Virus record (IMG/VR): IMGVR_UViG_3300034072_000514
Location: 1-64,000 of that record
Strand: one strand, 5' to 3'
Length of the DNA stretch: 64,000 bases
Source of the DNA: a virus
Of this stretch, positions 35,301 through 44,430 are shown piece by piece. A program made the position numbers and the translations under genes. How positions within the stretch are numbered: position 1 is the stretch's first letter; each line of letters opens with the position of its first letter. The notes beneath the pieces were generated by a model. The model was not told where the DNA came from, did no database searches, and worked only from the letters and a program-made list of their open reading frames with translations.

Positions 35301-35780
35301 TTGAACGTGTTTGAAGACAGGTATATTTGGCGGATACAGCTCTCTTTTTACGGGTTGAATATCTACGCTAAGCAGATAGTGCTTGATCTCAATGACGATA
35401 TCAGCCGTATCTGCGGATTAAAGTCTTCAGTCGTTTTCGAAGAGACAAATACTCTATCCGGACACGCTATTTGTTTTAAATGGCGCTTTCCTAAAGTCGT
35501 ATATGACGATATTGAAGCGATCTCTCGCTTCTTTGTTCATAAACTAGCCAAGCTTAACAGAGAGTGTACACTAGCAAAATCAACTAATAAAGCTGCAGAT
35601 AGCTCAGAGATGGTTTCAACCTTGATTATGAGTGATCTAAATAGGGTTGTAGTCAATCGTGTTATGAGCGATAAGGAAGCTAACAAAGTGTTGGAAAGCG
35701 TAGCTAAGCGCAATCCTGGCCGCGAGTATCGTATGTTTAAACAAGTATCAAAATTCGAATATGTTGGACAATCAAGCTAA
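35301..35780 (+). CDS. Hypothetical protein
   Basis: TTG start follows ggagag. See the rejected note on an upstream frame. Confidence 0.5.
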   Translation: MNVFEDRYIWRIQLSFYGLNIYAKQIVLDLNDDISRICGLKSSVVFEETNTLSGHAICFKWRFPKVVYDDIEAISRFFVHKLAKLNRECTLAKSTNKAADSSEMVSTLIMSDLNRVVVNRVMSDKEANKVLESVAKRNPGREYRMFKQVSKFEYVGQSS

Positions 35781-36186
35781 CATCATATTCGGGCCTAATA
35801 AGCTACCTGCAAAGTGTACCAATGGCCCTACAGTGTTTTATAGCGCTGCGTGCTATTCACCGCCTTTTACCGGTTGGTGGGCTTCAACCTTTTCTCCTTA
35901 TCTGTACGGTGCAGACGGCGTGTTCGCTGTTGAACCTGGGTTTGCATGGTACAACAAGGAGACTAATAAGTGGCATAAACGGTATAGTCGTTATGTGTTT
36001 ACACTTGACGAATCGCTTGGTTATGCCAAGAAAGTATTCAAAGACATCCCTGCCAGAGAAGCAGACATCCCTGTTATGGAGTCTTATTCCAGGCTATTCT
36101 TCTGCGACTACTGGCCCTCTGACACTGACGTTAAACGGCCTTATAATGTAATTTCAACAAACAATGGAATCATCATCTCAACCTAA
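35761..36186 (+). CDS. Hypothetical protein
   Basis: 141-aa ORF. Confidence 0.55.
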   Translation: MLDNQANIIFGPNKLPAKCTNGPTVFYSAACYSPPFTGWWASTFSPYLYGADGVFAVEPGFAWYNKETNKWHKRYSRYVFTLDESLGYAKKVFKDIPAREADIPVMESYSRLFFCDYWPSDTDVKRPYNVISTNNGIIIST

Positions 36187-36409
36187 ACTACTCGCCGTGT
36201 ATGCAGGCGCTAAAATAGTTGCTTGTATACATGCTAATAAACCAGTTAATCTTGGGGAGTTCTCTAGAGAACATCTGGAGCTGTTGGAACCTACTTTTGA
36301 GAGGTTGTCTCTATCTCAACTTAAAGAAGCTCCTTACTACGCAGAGGCTCTCCTGCGAATTAGGGCTTACTTGAGAGAACAAAATGTTTCCAGTAGTACT
36401 GCTGTATAA
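36164..36409 (+). CDS. Hypothetical protein
   Basis: 81-aa ORF. Confidence 0.5.
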   Translation: MESSSQPKLLAVYAGAKIVACIHANKPVNLGEFSREHLELLEPTFERLSLSQLKEAPYYAEALLRIRAYLREQNVSSSTAV

Positions 36410-36489
36410 ATCGTACGATGACCGCCAAGCTATCGATCGTATTGTTGATCGTAAATGTGTCTAAGGTGACATAATCGTAGGAGACCTAG

Positions 36490-36759
36490 GTGTTGAATCA
36501 TTTAAACAATTCATTGAAGAGTACCGACTCGGAAAGTACTCAGATGCGACTAATGAGCCAACTGGAAATTCTGACGAATCCAGAAGCTGCACAGAACCAA
36601 ATGATGCAGCTGATGGCGTTCCACAAGCAGATTAAGGTGGATTTACCTCAGGCGCTAGCAAGCAGTACTGAGTTGGAGACTAAGCTGCCAATGGCAGTGG
36701 TCGCGAATGTAATCCGTAAGAAGGTACTTCAAATTGAGCAAAATACCATTAAATCGTAA
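36490..36759 (+). CDS. Hypothetical protein
   Basis: GTG start follows taggag. Confidence 0.45.
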   Translation: MLNHLNNSLKSTDSESTQMRLMSQLEILTNPEAAQNQMMQLMAFHKQIKVDLPQALASSTELETKLPMAVVANVIRKKVLQIEQNTIKS

Positions 36760-36909
36760 GCCCGGTCAGGTAGCTGAGGGTAGCTGCAGTTTTTTGCGGT
36801 AAAAAGTTCGTATTCGGTGATAATGTCTACTCAGAAGCAGGTGCTAGAGAGACATTTATCAGCAGTACTTGCGAGAGCTGTTTTGATGAGATGTTCAAGG
36901 AAACTGAAA

Positions 36910-37269
36910 ATGAAGAATACTAAACTTATTTGCGCTAGCCTTATTGCAATTGCTGCAGTAGCTGTTTCCACGCAATCAGTAGCAAATGAAGATGCTAATA
37001 ATGAGCAGCTTCGCGCCATTGTACGCACTTGCTCAGTTGTTGTTGATATTGCGGAGAGCTCTCGCACACTGTTTAACAGAGGCATGTCTCCTGAAGGCAT
37101 TGTAGAAATGCTCAAAGTAGAGGATGAAAATGTACTTGCTAAATGGTTGATTAAAGACACAGTACCGTCGCATATTGTGTCTCAAGATTCACTATCTGTT
37201 AGGCGAGAGCAGTCAATGTTTCGTTGTGTAGGTAGCTACTATGAGTTCAAGCAGAAAGGTGCAAAATGA
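36910..37269 (+). CDS. Secreted/periplasmic protein with a signal peptide
   Basis: MKNTKLICASLIAIAAVAVSTQSVA|NE has a classic n-h-c region with an AxA-like cleavage site. Confidence 0.6.
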   Translation: MKNTKLICASLIAIAAVAVSTQSVANEDANNEQLRAIVRTCSVVVDIAESSRTLFNRGMSPEGIVEMLKVEDENVLAKWLIKDTVPSHIVSQDSLSVRREQSMFRCVGSYYEFKQKGAK

Positions 37270-37592
37270 GTCTCAATCATGAACAGCTATTATTTCTTGT
37301 TTACGGAGAGGAAGCAAGTGAAGTCGCTAAAGAAGCGTCTAAATGCATTCGATTTACACCTACTCACACTCACGTTGATTTTGTAGATAGCAACTATCAG
37401 CGTCTGCTTAAAGAGTGGAATGAGCAGCTCGCTATGATGAGTCTAATCAAAAAGCATATGCGTGAAGAGTATGGTATTGAGTCGGATGCTGCGCAAGAGC
37501 GTATTTGGCAGCGGAATAAAATTAAGCAGTTTGAAAAATATGCTAAGATTTCCGGTGAGATGGGTACCTATACTAAGGGGCAATCAAAATGA
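37266..37592 (+). CDS. Hypothetical protein
   Basis: 108-aa ORF with a 4-nt overlap. Confidence 0.55.
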   Translation: MSLNHEQLLFLVYGEEASEVAKEASKCIRFTPTHTHVDFVDSNYQRLLKEWNEQLAMMSLIKKHMREEYGIESDAAQERIWQRNKIKQFEKYAKISGEMGTYTKGQSK

Positions 37593-38116
37593 AAATAGCT
37601 AATGTTAAGCTGTCTTATGAAGCGAATTCCTATAGTAGGAAAGGTGTTCCAACCAGTATTAAGGACATGATTGTCGGTGCGCTAGTGTTAGAGTCTCTAG
37701 CAACCGCTGAATTTGTACAGTTGTTTAAAGAGAACGCTGCTGAAAGCGGGGTAACTCCTGAAAACGCTGAAAACTGGTTTTCGAACAACTATAATTCATT
37801 TTACGTTAACCTTGACAAACTGTTCGGCACACAAGTATGGAAATTCCTCGAGATCATCTCTGTTCTTGAAAACAGCAGAGAAGAGTACACACTAGCAGAG
37901 TACGCATCTTCGGCAAATGAAGTTAAGAACCCTGGCGTTTACAATGAGATTTGCAATGTAGCCGTTGGCGGTTCGACTATCCACATTACAAATGTAAAAG
38001 TATTTACCGACCTTTGCACAGAAGAGCTCCAAACAAAACTAGATGAAGGTTGGCGTATTGTAGCTGTTTGTGTGCAACCTAACCAGCGTCGCCCTGATTA
38101 CATTCTTGGAAAATAA
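37589..38116 (+). CDS. Hypothetical protein
   Basis: 175-aa ORF with a 4-nt overlap. Confidence 0.6.
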   Translation: MKIANVKLSYEANSYSRKGVPTSIKDMIVGALVLESLATAEFVQLFKENAAESGVTPENAENWFSNNYNSFYVNLDKLFGTQVWKFLEIISVLENSREEYTLAEYASSANEVKNPGVYNEICNVAVGGSTIHITNVKVFTDLCTEELQTKLDEGWRIVAVCVQPNQRRPDYILGK

Positions 38117-38482
38117 ATGACAAATACGACAGAAGCTTCCACTATGGATGCTAGCCAAAATACAGAGTATTGGTATCGATATGTTGACACTGTAGCCCCT
38201 AATGAATCGGGAGAGTACTCTCTGACAGTAAAGGCGCATCAGTTTAAGGTTGCTAGCAAGACCCCGAAAGGGGTTCTACTTAAAGTAGGTAATGAAAAGA
38301 AATTTGTAAGCTACGCTCAAAATAAGAAGTTTGCTCACCCCACTCTTGAGCTAGCGTATAATGCTTTTATTGCTCGCAAGCAATCCCAGATTAAGATCCT
38401 GAACCATCAAATTCAGAGAGCTACTGCAGCTAAAAATAAAATGCTTCGCTTTGAGATTACCCCAGGTGTAGTTACAGGATAA
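38117..38482 (+). CDS. Hypothetical protein
   Basis: 121-aa ORF abutting the upstream stop. Confidence 0.55.
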   Translation: MTNTTEASTMDASQNTEYWYRYVDTVAPNESGEYSLTVKAHQFKVASKTPKGVLLKVGNEKKFVSYAQNKKFAHPTLELAYNAFIARKQSQIKILNHQIQRATAAKNKMLRFEITPGVVTG

Positions 38483-38543
38483 CTATACTTAAACCCTCAT
38501 GCCCACTACCGTGTGGTCTTTAAACCTTTAGCAATAATTTCCG

Positions 38544-38915
38544 ATGTCAAACTCCGATAAGATTACAGATTACCCTGAGGTGTGCAAGCAAATACTTTCA
38601 GACAGATGCTTCAGCCAACTTAAGAAGCACGCTGATGGGCTTGAAGCTATCGCTGGGAAAAAGGCGGCAGATTTTATCTACGTACTAGCGGCTCTGGTGG
38701 CTTTCGATATTGCCGCTGAACCGGAAAGGATAAATGCGTACGCAGATAAGCGCACCGACACTCTCGGAACGCTTGTCAGTGAGAACTGCCTCGTAAAGTT
38801 AGATGGTAAAAACTTCCGATGTGTCTGCGGGGCTAACGTGTTCCAAAGCTATCGAAAAGGCGAAAAGTCTATCTACAAGTGCAATGGGTGCGGTACAACA
38901 TATACAGGAACCTAA
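38544..38915 (+). CDS. Hypothetical protein with a C-terminal zinc ribbon
   Basis: FRCVCGANVF...YKCNGCGTTY. Confidence 0.55.
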   Translation: MSNSDKITDYPEVCKQILSDRCFSQLKKHADGLEAIAGKKAADFIYVLAALVAFDIAAEPERINAYADKRTDTLGTLVSENCLVKLDGKNFRCVCGANVFQSYRKGEKSIYKCNGCGTTYTGT

Positions 38916-39262
38916 TGAAAGATAGTAGCTTAGACGACTTTAACAACTCTATGAGAGCTAATAAGGAGGACGATGTTACAGTAGTCTTGTTCTACAGCTC
39001 TTGGCTACCAGAAAACGCGTCTAAGAATCTTTTAGACAACTTTGATGCAATATCTAGTAGGTTTGTCGGTACGAAGTTTCTGCAGTACTCTGTCAACAAG
39101 CAAACGCATATCCCCATGTCTCTTGGTGTAAAGGCAGTCCCTGCTATTTTTACATTTAGAGGTAACTCTGTGTTTGACTGCAAGTACGGCTTTATGACTG
39201 CAGAGCGTATTATCGAGCTTGTAGAAAACACAATAGCCAACACAGACGATGATGAGTTCTGA
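38915..39262 (+). CDS. Thioredoxin-fold protein lacking the CxxC active site
   Basis: VVLFYSSWLPENASK occupies the position where WCGPC would lie. VPAIFTFRGN resembles the cis-Pro strand. Confidence 0.45.
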   Translation: MKDSSLDDFNNSMRANKEDDVTVVLFYSSWLPENASKNLLDNFDAISSRFVGTKFLQYSVNKQTHIPMSLGVKAVPAIFTFRGNSVFDCKYGFMTAERIIELVENTIANTDDDEF

Positions 39263-39291
39263 ATACGGCTTAACTTAATCAGATAAACCAA

Positions 39292-39762
39292 ATGAATATC
39301 ACTGAAATCACCGCTAGCACATGCCATATGCTTTCTCCAGTTGACTTGGCTAATTGGGCTTTGGCTCAAGTAGTAAAGCAAGGCGCTTTCTCGTACGACC
39401 CAGAACGTGGCTGCCTTTACCGGGGACCTGACAATCTTAAATGTGCGGCCGGCTTCTGTATTTCAGACGCAGAGTACGATGGTAAGCTCATGGAGGGTAT
39501 TCGGCTTAATTCACTGGTTGCTGGGCATCATTTTACTTGTGGTATCACCAATAAGTTTTCTGACGAACAGGTAAAGGCGTTGTGCTATGCCCAGCGCTTG
39601 CATGATGATTACGCAAGAAAACTAGCAAGTGGTATCTCATCCCTGATTCAACAACACGGCGGTGAGCTGCCCATCATCGCGGCTGAAGCTCTCACTAAAT
39701 CGGTATTTGAGGAGTTTGTATCAAAATCTGTTGTAACTGAAGCCCAGATTTTCTGGGGTTAA
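39292..39762 (+). CDS. Hypothetical protein
   Basis: 156-aa ORF. Confidence 0.55.
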   Translation: MNITEITASTCHMLSPVDLANWALAQVVKQGAFSYDPERGCLYRGPDNLKCAAGFCISDAEYDGKLMEGIRLNSLVAGHHFTCGITNKFSDEQVKALCYAQRLHDDYARKLASGISSLIQQHGGELPIIAAEALTKSVFEEFVSKSVVTEAQIFWG

Positions 39763-39818
39763 GCAACAAGAGCAGCACTTTACCCTACTTCAACTGTTAA
39801 TTACATCACTTGACTATT

Positions 39819-40118
39819 ATGATTATCACTATGCCATGCGAGCCTACTCTCTTGATCAGCCTTATTAATGGAAAGCCCGTTGACGTTGATGTATCTATCG
39901 AAGAGTTTTCGGCAGATAGCTACAAGGATTGTGTATTTCTAGTCGATGGCTCTTTGACAGGTAATCAGGTACTGTTCAAGAAGTCTGGGCCTAGTAGCGC
40001 AATTCCGTACGGCTACATTAGCTCCGGTATTGACCGGCTTCATGTTTTTGCTGACGGTGTATACGGTACATATATCGTAAAGAACCCTAACTGGGTGCGA
40101 ATCACTTCTGCAAGCTGA
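39819..40118 (+). CDS. Hypothetical protein
   Basis: ATG within ORF 39810..40118. Confidence 0.5.
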   Translation: MIITMPCEPTLLISLINGKPVDVDVSIEEFSADSYKDCVFLVDGSLTGNQVLFKKSGPSSAIPYGYISSGIDRLHVFADGVYGTYIVKNPNWVRITSAS

Positions 40119-40160
40119 ATTAATCTTATCTAATCTTAACCATAAGCAATAGGAAACATT

Positions 40161-41357
40161 ATGTATACAACTGCTGTTCAACGCAATCGCGGCCTGTCTT
40201 CCCGTTTCTATCCGCAAATCTGTGATAATCTTAAGGATGCAATGGTCATTAACTCTGATATTGTAGACCATATGCGAGCTCAAGGGGTTGACCCACGTGC
40301 AAGTGCTATCTATAAGCTACGTATGCTGACTGTCAAGGAGATGGACGCGGGGGTCAGTCTTGACGGCGTACGCTATGTTGGTATGAGTGTCAACGGGCAT
40401 CTATTACCTGAAGGTATCTCTGCGTCTATTTTTGAATGGGGTGAGGTGCGTCATGCTGTTCTTAACACGCCGATGTATCATGGGTATCTCAATGGTAAAA
40501 CCCCAGATATTCGTATGGTATTCGCTTACGAAGAGAAGCTGAATCCTTCTGACAACTTGAGCTCTAATGTTAAGTCTGGAGTCTCATTCCATGATATGAT
40601 TGCCGATTTTAAGAAACCTAGTAAAGCCAATCCAACCCCTACTCCTGTAAATCAGGCGGACATCTCTCTGAACACTGATGACATCATGCAGCGATTGCAA
40701 AAGGCTATGAGTGATAGCAAGGGTATTGGTAGCAAGGAAGAGTTGGTAAAGCACATCGCTAAGGCGCTTCCAGAGGCAGAAGTCATCTTTGTTGACCCTT
40801 CTAACGGCTATGAGCGCACTCGTAAGCAGATTGAAGAAGAGTATGCGCGGGTACTCCAGCTTGAAGGTCAGGAACTGCAGGAGGAAGTTGAGAAAACTAT
40901 GCAAAATATCTATCCAGAAAGGGCCGAGAGCTACCCAGATAGCAAGGCTAATATCACTGAGTGTAAGGCAGCGAGCTATGAAGAAAAACGCGAGTACATC
41001 TGTGTGACCGATAAAGAGCATGGAAAATACATACCCAAAGGGAATGCGCGATTGATGACACAAGAAGAAGCGGCTACGTGTGCGGATTTCCTTCGTTTCT
41101 GGAGCGAAGAGCCTGTTTCTGTATATAAACTGCTGTCTAAAGAAGAGATTCAGCAGCTCGGTGAGGATGAGGTGGCTTTCAAGCAGGCAGATGCTGACTA
41201 CCGCTTTGTTTGCATGAATCTGGATTCTGCTGAGCCTACGCTCCAGTTTAAAGATTCTGGCCCTACTCGTGCGCATACGGTAATGAGCTTGTGCGTTGAG
41301 CTTAAATCTACGCAGATTCCATCGAATTACTGGCTCTTCAACAAGGTAGATCTGTAA
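40161..41357 (+). CDS. Hypothetical protein (398 aa)
   Basis: Long ORF with a taggaaa RBS. The antisense ORF 40584..41276 is treated as a shadow. Confidence 0.65.
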   Translation: MYTTAVQRNRGLSSRFYPQICDNLKDAMVINSDIVDHMRAQGVDPRASAIYKLRMLTVKEMDAGVSLDGVRYVGMSVNGHLLPEGISASIFEWGEVRHAVLNTPMYHGYLNGKTPDIRMVFAYEEKLNPSDNLSSNVKSGVSFHDMIADFKKPSKANPTPTPVNQADISLNTDDIMQRLQKAMSDSKGIGSKEELVKHIAKALPEAEVIFVDPSNGYERTRKQIEEEYARVLQLEGQELQEEVEKTMQNIYPERAESYPDSKANITECKAASYEEKREYICVTDKEHGKYIPKGNARLMTQEEAATCADFLRFWSEEPVSVYKLLSKEEIQQLGEDEVAFKQADADYRFVCMNLDSAEPTLQFKDSGPTRAHTVMSLCVELKSTQIPSNYWLFNKVDL

Positions 41358-41692
41358 TGCATAGCTTTATGGATTCTGCATTAGGAGTTGAGAAGTATTC
41401 AGTTATGTATGCTCCTAACCATAAATCCTTGCAGGAGGTTCTGGCCCATAATAGCTCATTGACTAATGAGGAAGGTATTATCCCACTCGATTGTAGGAGC
41501 AATCTCTTTATGTCTGATGGCTCACCAGTTATCTTTGATGACGTGGTTAACGCCTCTAAGTACGCGGCATCTTTAGCTAGAACATCTGCTGCGAATTCTC
41601 AATTGTCATCTGCGCTACACTCTAAACCTTCTATGATTTATGACTACTTTGTTGTGTCCCTGCGAAGGCTGTCTGGCCCTGCCTGGCTGTAG
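41357..41692 (+). CDS. Hypothetical protein
   Basis: 111-aa ORF, ATG overlapping the upstream stop. Confidence 0.5.
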   Translation: MHSFMDSALGVEKYSVMYAPNHKSLQEVLAHNSSLTNEEGIIPLDCRSNLFMSDGSPVIFDDVVNASKYAASLARTSAANSQLSSALHSKPSMIYDYFVVSLRRLSGPAWL

Positions 41693-41780
41693 CTTAACTG
41701 ATTGGTTGTCACTCCCCAACGGCTATCTAACGGTATTGGGCCGGAGATAGCCTTTAATACTTAAATGGCCCTATGGGCCG

Positions 41781-41857
41781 CCCTCTTATACGCTTGCTGG
41801 GTACCTTCGGGTGCCTGGTGGGTGTATAAGAGGGGTATTTCTCTTCTATTTTTTTTG
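41781..41857 (+). terminator. Strong compound hairpin terminator closing the replication block
   Basis: 11-bp outer stem ccctcttatac (41781..41791) / gtataagaggg (41824..41834), an inner ggtacc-ttcg-ggtgcc hairpin, then a T-rich tail ending in tttttttt. A further 8-bp hairpin lies at 41731..41762. Confidence 0.65.
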
Positions 41858-41885
41858 CTTTTATTTTGCTATATTTTGGAGGCCT

Positions 41886-42302
41886 ATGAGCTTACTCGAT
41901 AGAAAAGGTCCGGTATTCTATGTATATTTACACTATGAAATCGTAAATGGTAATAGGGAAATTGTGTATGTAGGTAAGGGTTCAGGCGGTAGGGCATGGG
42001 ATGCTAGACCTACTACTAGAGGTAATAACGGAGGGCATAATGACCATTGTGGGTGGATATGCGATAAGATCCTTAATGATGTACCGTTTGTCCAGCTATT
42101 CGCTACTAAAATCCTGAGTAGTGAGGCACTAGAAATTGAAAAGAGGTTGAGAGAACAGTATAAGCCTCGGTTTAATGTCTCTAGTGGTAACTCAAATCTA
42201 AGTAACTCAAATCTAAGTAACTCAAATCTAAGTAACTCAAATCTAAGCGCTAGGGGCATGACTGTTGGCGATCTGAAGGCTTCTGCTTTGACGGTGAGCT
42301 AG
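41886..42302 (+). CDS. Free-standing GIY-YIG-type endonuclease with a C-terminal pentapeptide repeat
   Basis: VFYVYLHYEIVNGNREIVYVGKGSGGRAW, with (SNSNL)x4 near the C-terminus. Confidence 0.6.
   Translation: MSLLDRKGPVFYVYLHYEIVNGNREIVYVGKGSGGRAWDARPTTRGNNGGHNDHCGWICDKILNDVPFVQLFATKILSSEALEIEKRLREQYKPRFNVSSGNSNLSNSNLSNSNLSNSNLSARGMTVGDLKASALTVS
42187..42246 (+). repeat. Perfect 15-bp tandem repeat x4 (gtaactcaaatctaa)
   Basis: Read directly from the sequence. It is in frame inside the GIY-YIG ORF. Confidence 0.95.
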
Positions 42303-42330
42303 CTTTACAGTGGATAGCTCGCCTAAGGTT

Positions 42331-42468
42331 GCTCCACCTTGGGCCTGGGAGCCCTCCCCATGGGTACCCCCATCCCGACCCCACAAGGGTGCCTAGCCGG
42401 ACCAACCTGGGTACCAGACGGGCACACCGTGGGTTCTGGCAGGTGACAGGCGGCTGCGGGGTGACAAA
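42331..42468 (+). repeat. GC-rich element, copy E3
   Basis: Shares 19/19 and 25/27 blocks (inverted) with E2 and is collinear with E1. It is intergenic. Confidence 0.65.
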
Positions 42469-42529
42469 TGGTAATAAGAGAAGTAGCAGACAATTAGTAG
42501 TTCTCATCCTCTAAAGTTACCACTGTAGC

Positions 42530-42936
42530 CCTCACACTGACCATCCCTCATAACCACACCATACCCTCACCTTCCATTCCTACTTCCTCACGGGCACCCG
42601 GTACACGAGGTGACGCTAAAGCAGAAGTGGCGGGTCTGAGAGGTGGACTGCCGGGAGCATGGACTGGGGACTGTAGGGTGGACTGGACCTGGTAGAAACA
42701 TGCTATGAGACACTACTATTAAAGGTAGGAGGGTAGGGTGGAGGGTTCTCTATAATATTATAATATACCTTAAGGTACCTAATATATCCTTAATATACCT
42801 TTAAGATACCGTAGCGTAAGCTGCTAACCATGATTAATCAAATAATTAAAATCAAATAAATAAATTATAAAGAATTTTATAGTATCTAACAGTACCTAAT
42901 AGATACTATAAGGTTCTCTTTATAGGGTTTTTATAT
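42530..42936 (+). promoter_or_regulatory. Structured non-coding region: C-rich tract, G-rich tract with GGACTG x4, AT-rich repeats and a 10-bp inverted repeat
   Basis: GGACTG starts at 42645, 42661, 42668 and 42680. taatatacct-TAAG-gtacc occurs at 42761..42779 and 42791..42810. tatagtatct (42878..42887) pairs with agatactata (42901..42910). Confidence 0.45.
42603..42635 (+). promoter_or_regulatory. GACGCTAAAGC motif, copy C (candidate promoter ahead of the morphogenesis block)
   Basis: acacgaggtgacgctaaagcagaagtggcggg has the same core and the same downstream agtggc as copy A. Confidence 0.4.
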
Positions 42937-43674
42937 ATGAATGATATTCCTTTAGAAGATCTTGACGAGATCAACAGGGGTTTACCCTCATTTGCTCTTG
43001 GTAACTTTACAGGTCTCATTAAGAGGCCTAAGAAGACTACTGGTGGAGCCTCCTCTATTATTAATGAGGAGACTGCAGGGTTACTCAATGGTTATGCTGC
43101 ACTTAAGAAAGTGATTGCTGCTGGAGAAGCTACTGATGACGATATCAGGGCTATTCATGGTGGATACTCTCTTACCCACTTCAAGATCGATTACGATATG
43201 CTTGGGGATCACTATGTATCTGACTATAGGGCTCTTATAACTCCTGAAGAGTTTGATGTGCTTGTCAACATCTATAAGCGTAGGAATGCTAATAAGGAAA
43301 ATTTTAGGTTCCGTATTAGTAGGTTTACTAAGCTAGAGATTCCTACTGCTGCTTCTGTCAGGGAGTACTTGTACGATTATACTCCTATTCTTGAGGCAGT
43401 CCATAAGAACATTGTGGATGGTGTGTCTTTTGAGACTAGGAAGATGAGCACATCTAATAAGTATAAGTTGTATTTGTTGATGTATAATGATGAGCTGCGT
43501 GCAGGCTCTGAGGAGCACCTTGCTGTTGCTGATCAATTACACCTTGAGGCTATGAATCTTGAGTTAGCAGAAACTAATGCTATCCGTCAGATCATGGGGT
43601 TATCTATGGTGTCTGAGGAAGAGATGCTTGATAGGGTCTCTGGTAGAGTCCGTCATGACTCCAATGCGGTATGA
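42937..43674 (+). CDS. Hypothetical protein, first gene of the late block
   Basis: 245-aa ORF. Confidence 0.6.
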   Translation: MNDIPLEDLDEINRGLPSFALGNFTGLIKRPKKTTGGASSIINEETAGLLNGYAALKKVIAAGEATDDDIRAIHGGYSLTHFKIDYDMLGDHYVSDYRALITPEEFDVLVNIYKRRNANKENFRFRISRFTKLEIPTAASVREYLYDYTPILEAVHKNIVDGVSFETRKMSTSNKYKLYLLMYNDELRAGSEEHLAVADQLHLEAMNLELAETNAIRQIMGLSMVSEEEMLDRVSGRVRHDSNAV

Positions 43675-43773
43675 GTTGATTACTTGATAGCTTCTTGTCA
43701 TGAGTCATATGATCATCAAAAATTTTCATAAGTAGTAGGATTACACTTATTTATTAACTAGGAGGGTTGTGCT

Positions 43774-44430
43774 ATGAGCGCAAAGACTACAGGTCCTGGT
43801 AGGACTATTAAGCGCAAGGCACTTGTAAATATTCAACCCTTGCACTCTTCATCTCGGCTCGGTGAGCTTGGGATGGATCCACTTCAGGCTACTATTGATA
43901 ACATTAGGGCTATGGAGTTGCAACTTTATATGATGAGGCAGTTGCCTAAGCGGACTCTTATTGGTGAGGTAACGCTTCAAGGGCAGATCTCTAAGGCTTT
44001 GCAGAGCTTGATTCCTTATGGTTATCTTACTGCTGCTGAGGCTGAACGGCAATTGGCTATTATGAGGGAGAAGGGTGTAGGGGATGCTGAGGGTGATGAG
44101 GGGATTCAGATCTTTCTCACATCGCAGGACAATGCTGTATCTGCGGAGATTTCGATGGGAAAACACAAGGTGAGTACGTTTCCAGAAAACCCGAATATCG
44201 AAACTAACACTATTGGTGCCCCAGAATCTACATCCACTGGTGCCACTGCATTTGTGCCTGATGCAAATATCCCTGAGGAGTTACGTGGAATGCACTATGC
44301 AGACCGTGTAGATATTGAAGCTGGTATCGCTGTGTACCAGACAGAGGATGGTGAAATTAAGGATCTTAGTAAGACCTCAAGTAGCACTATCGGCTCTGTT
44401 ATGTCTAGTAACGGACCTTCGCATGCCTAA
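43774..44430 (+). CDS. Hypothetical protein, possibly the small terminase subunit (by position only)
   Basis: 218-aa ORF directly upstream of and overlapping TerL. RBS is taggaggg. Confidence 0.4.
   Translation: MSAKTTGPGRTIKRKALVNIQPLHSSSRLGELGMDPLQATIDNIRAMELQLYMMRQLPKRTLIGEVTLQGQISKALQSLIPYGYLTAAEAERQLAIMREKGVGDAEGDEGIQIFLTSQDNAVSAEISMGKHKVSTFPENPNIETNTIGAPESTSTGATAFVPDANIPEELRGMHYADRVDIEAGIAVYQTEDGEIKDLSKTSSSTIGSVMSSNGPSHA

Noticed and set aside
40584-41276. A 230-aa minus-strand ORF, with similar ones at 21560..22033, 57412..57972 and 54654..55106.
   Set aside because: Each lies wholly inside a better-supported + strand gene. None has a start context, and no other gene in the window is on the minus strand.
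42187-42246. The tandem repeat considered as a CRISPR array.
   Set aside because: The units abut with no spacers, there are only four 15-bp copies, and the repeat is in frame inside an ORF.
44315-44422. N-terminal extensions of TerL (44315), of 45525..46154 and of ClpP (29048).
   Set aside because: The extensions overlap upstream genes in another frame and read as low-complexity or hydrophobic nonsense. Internal ATGs with RBS (44423, 45747, 29216) begin the recognisable domains.
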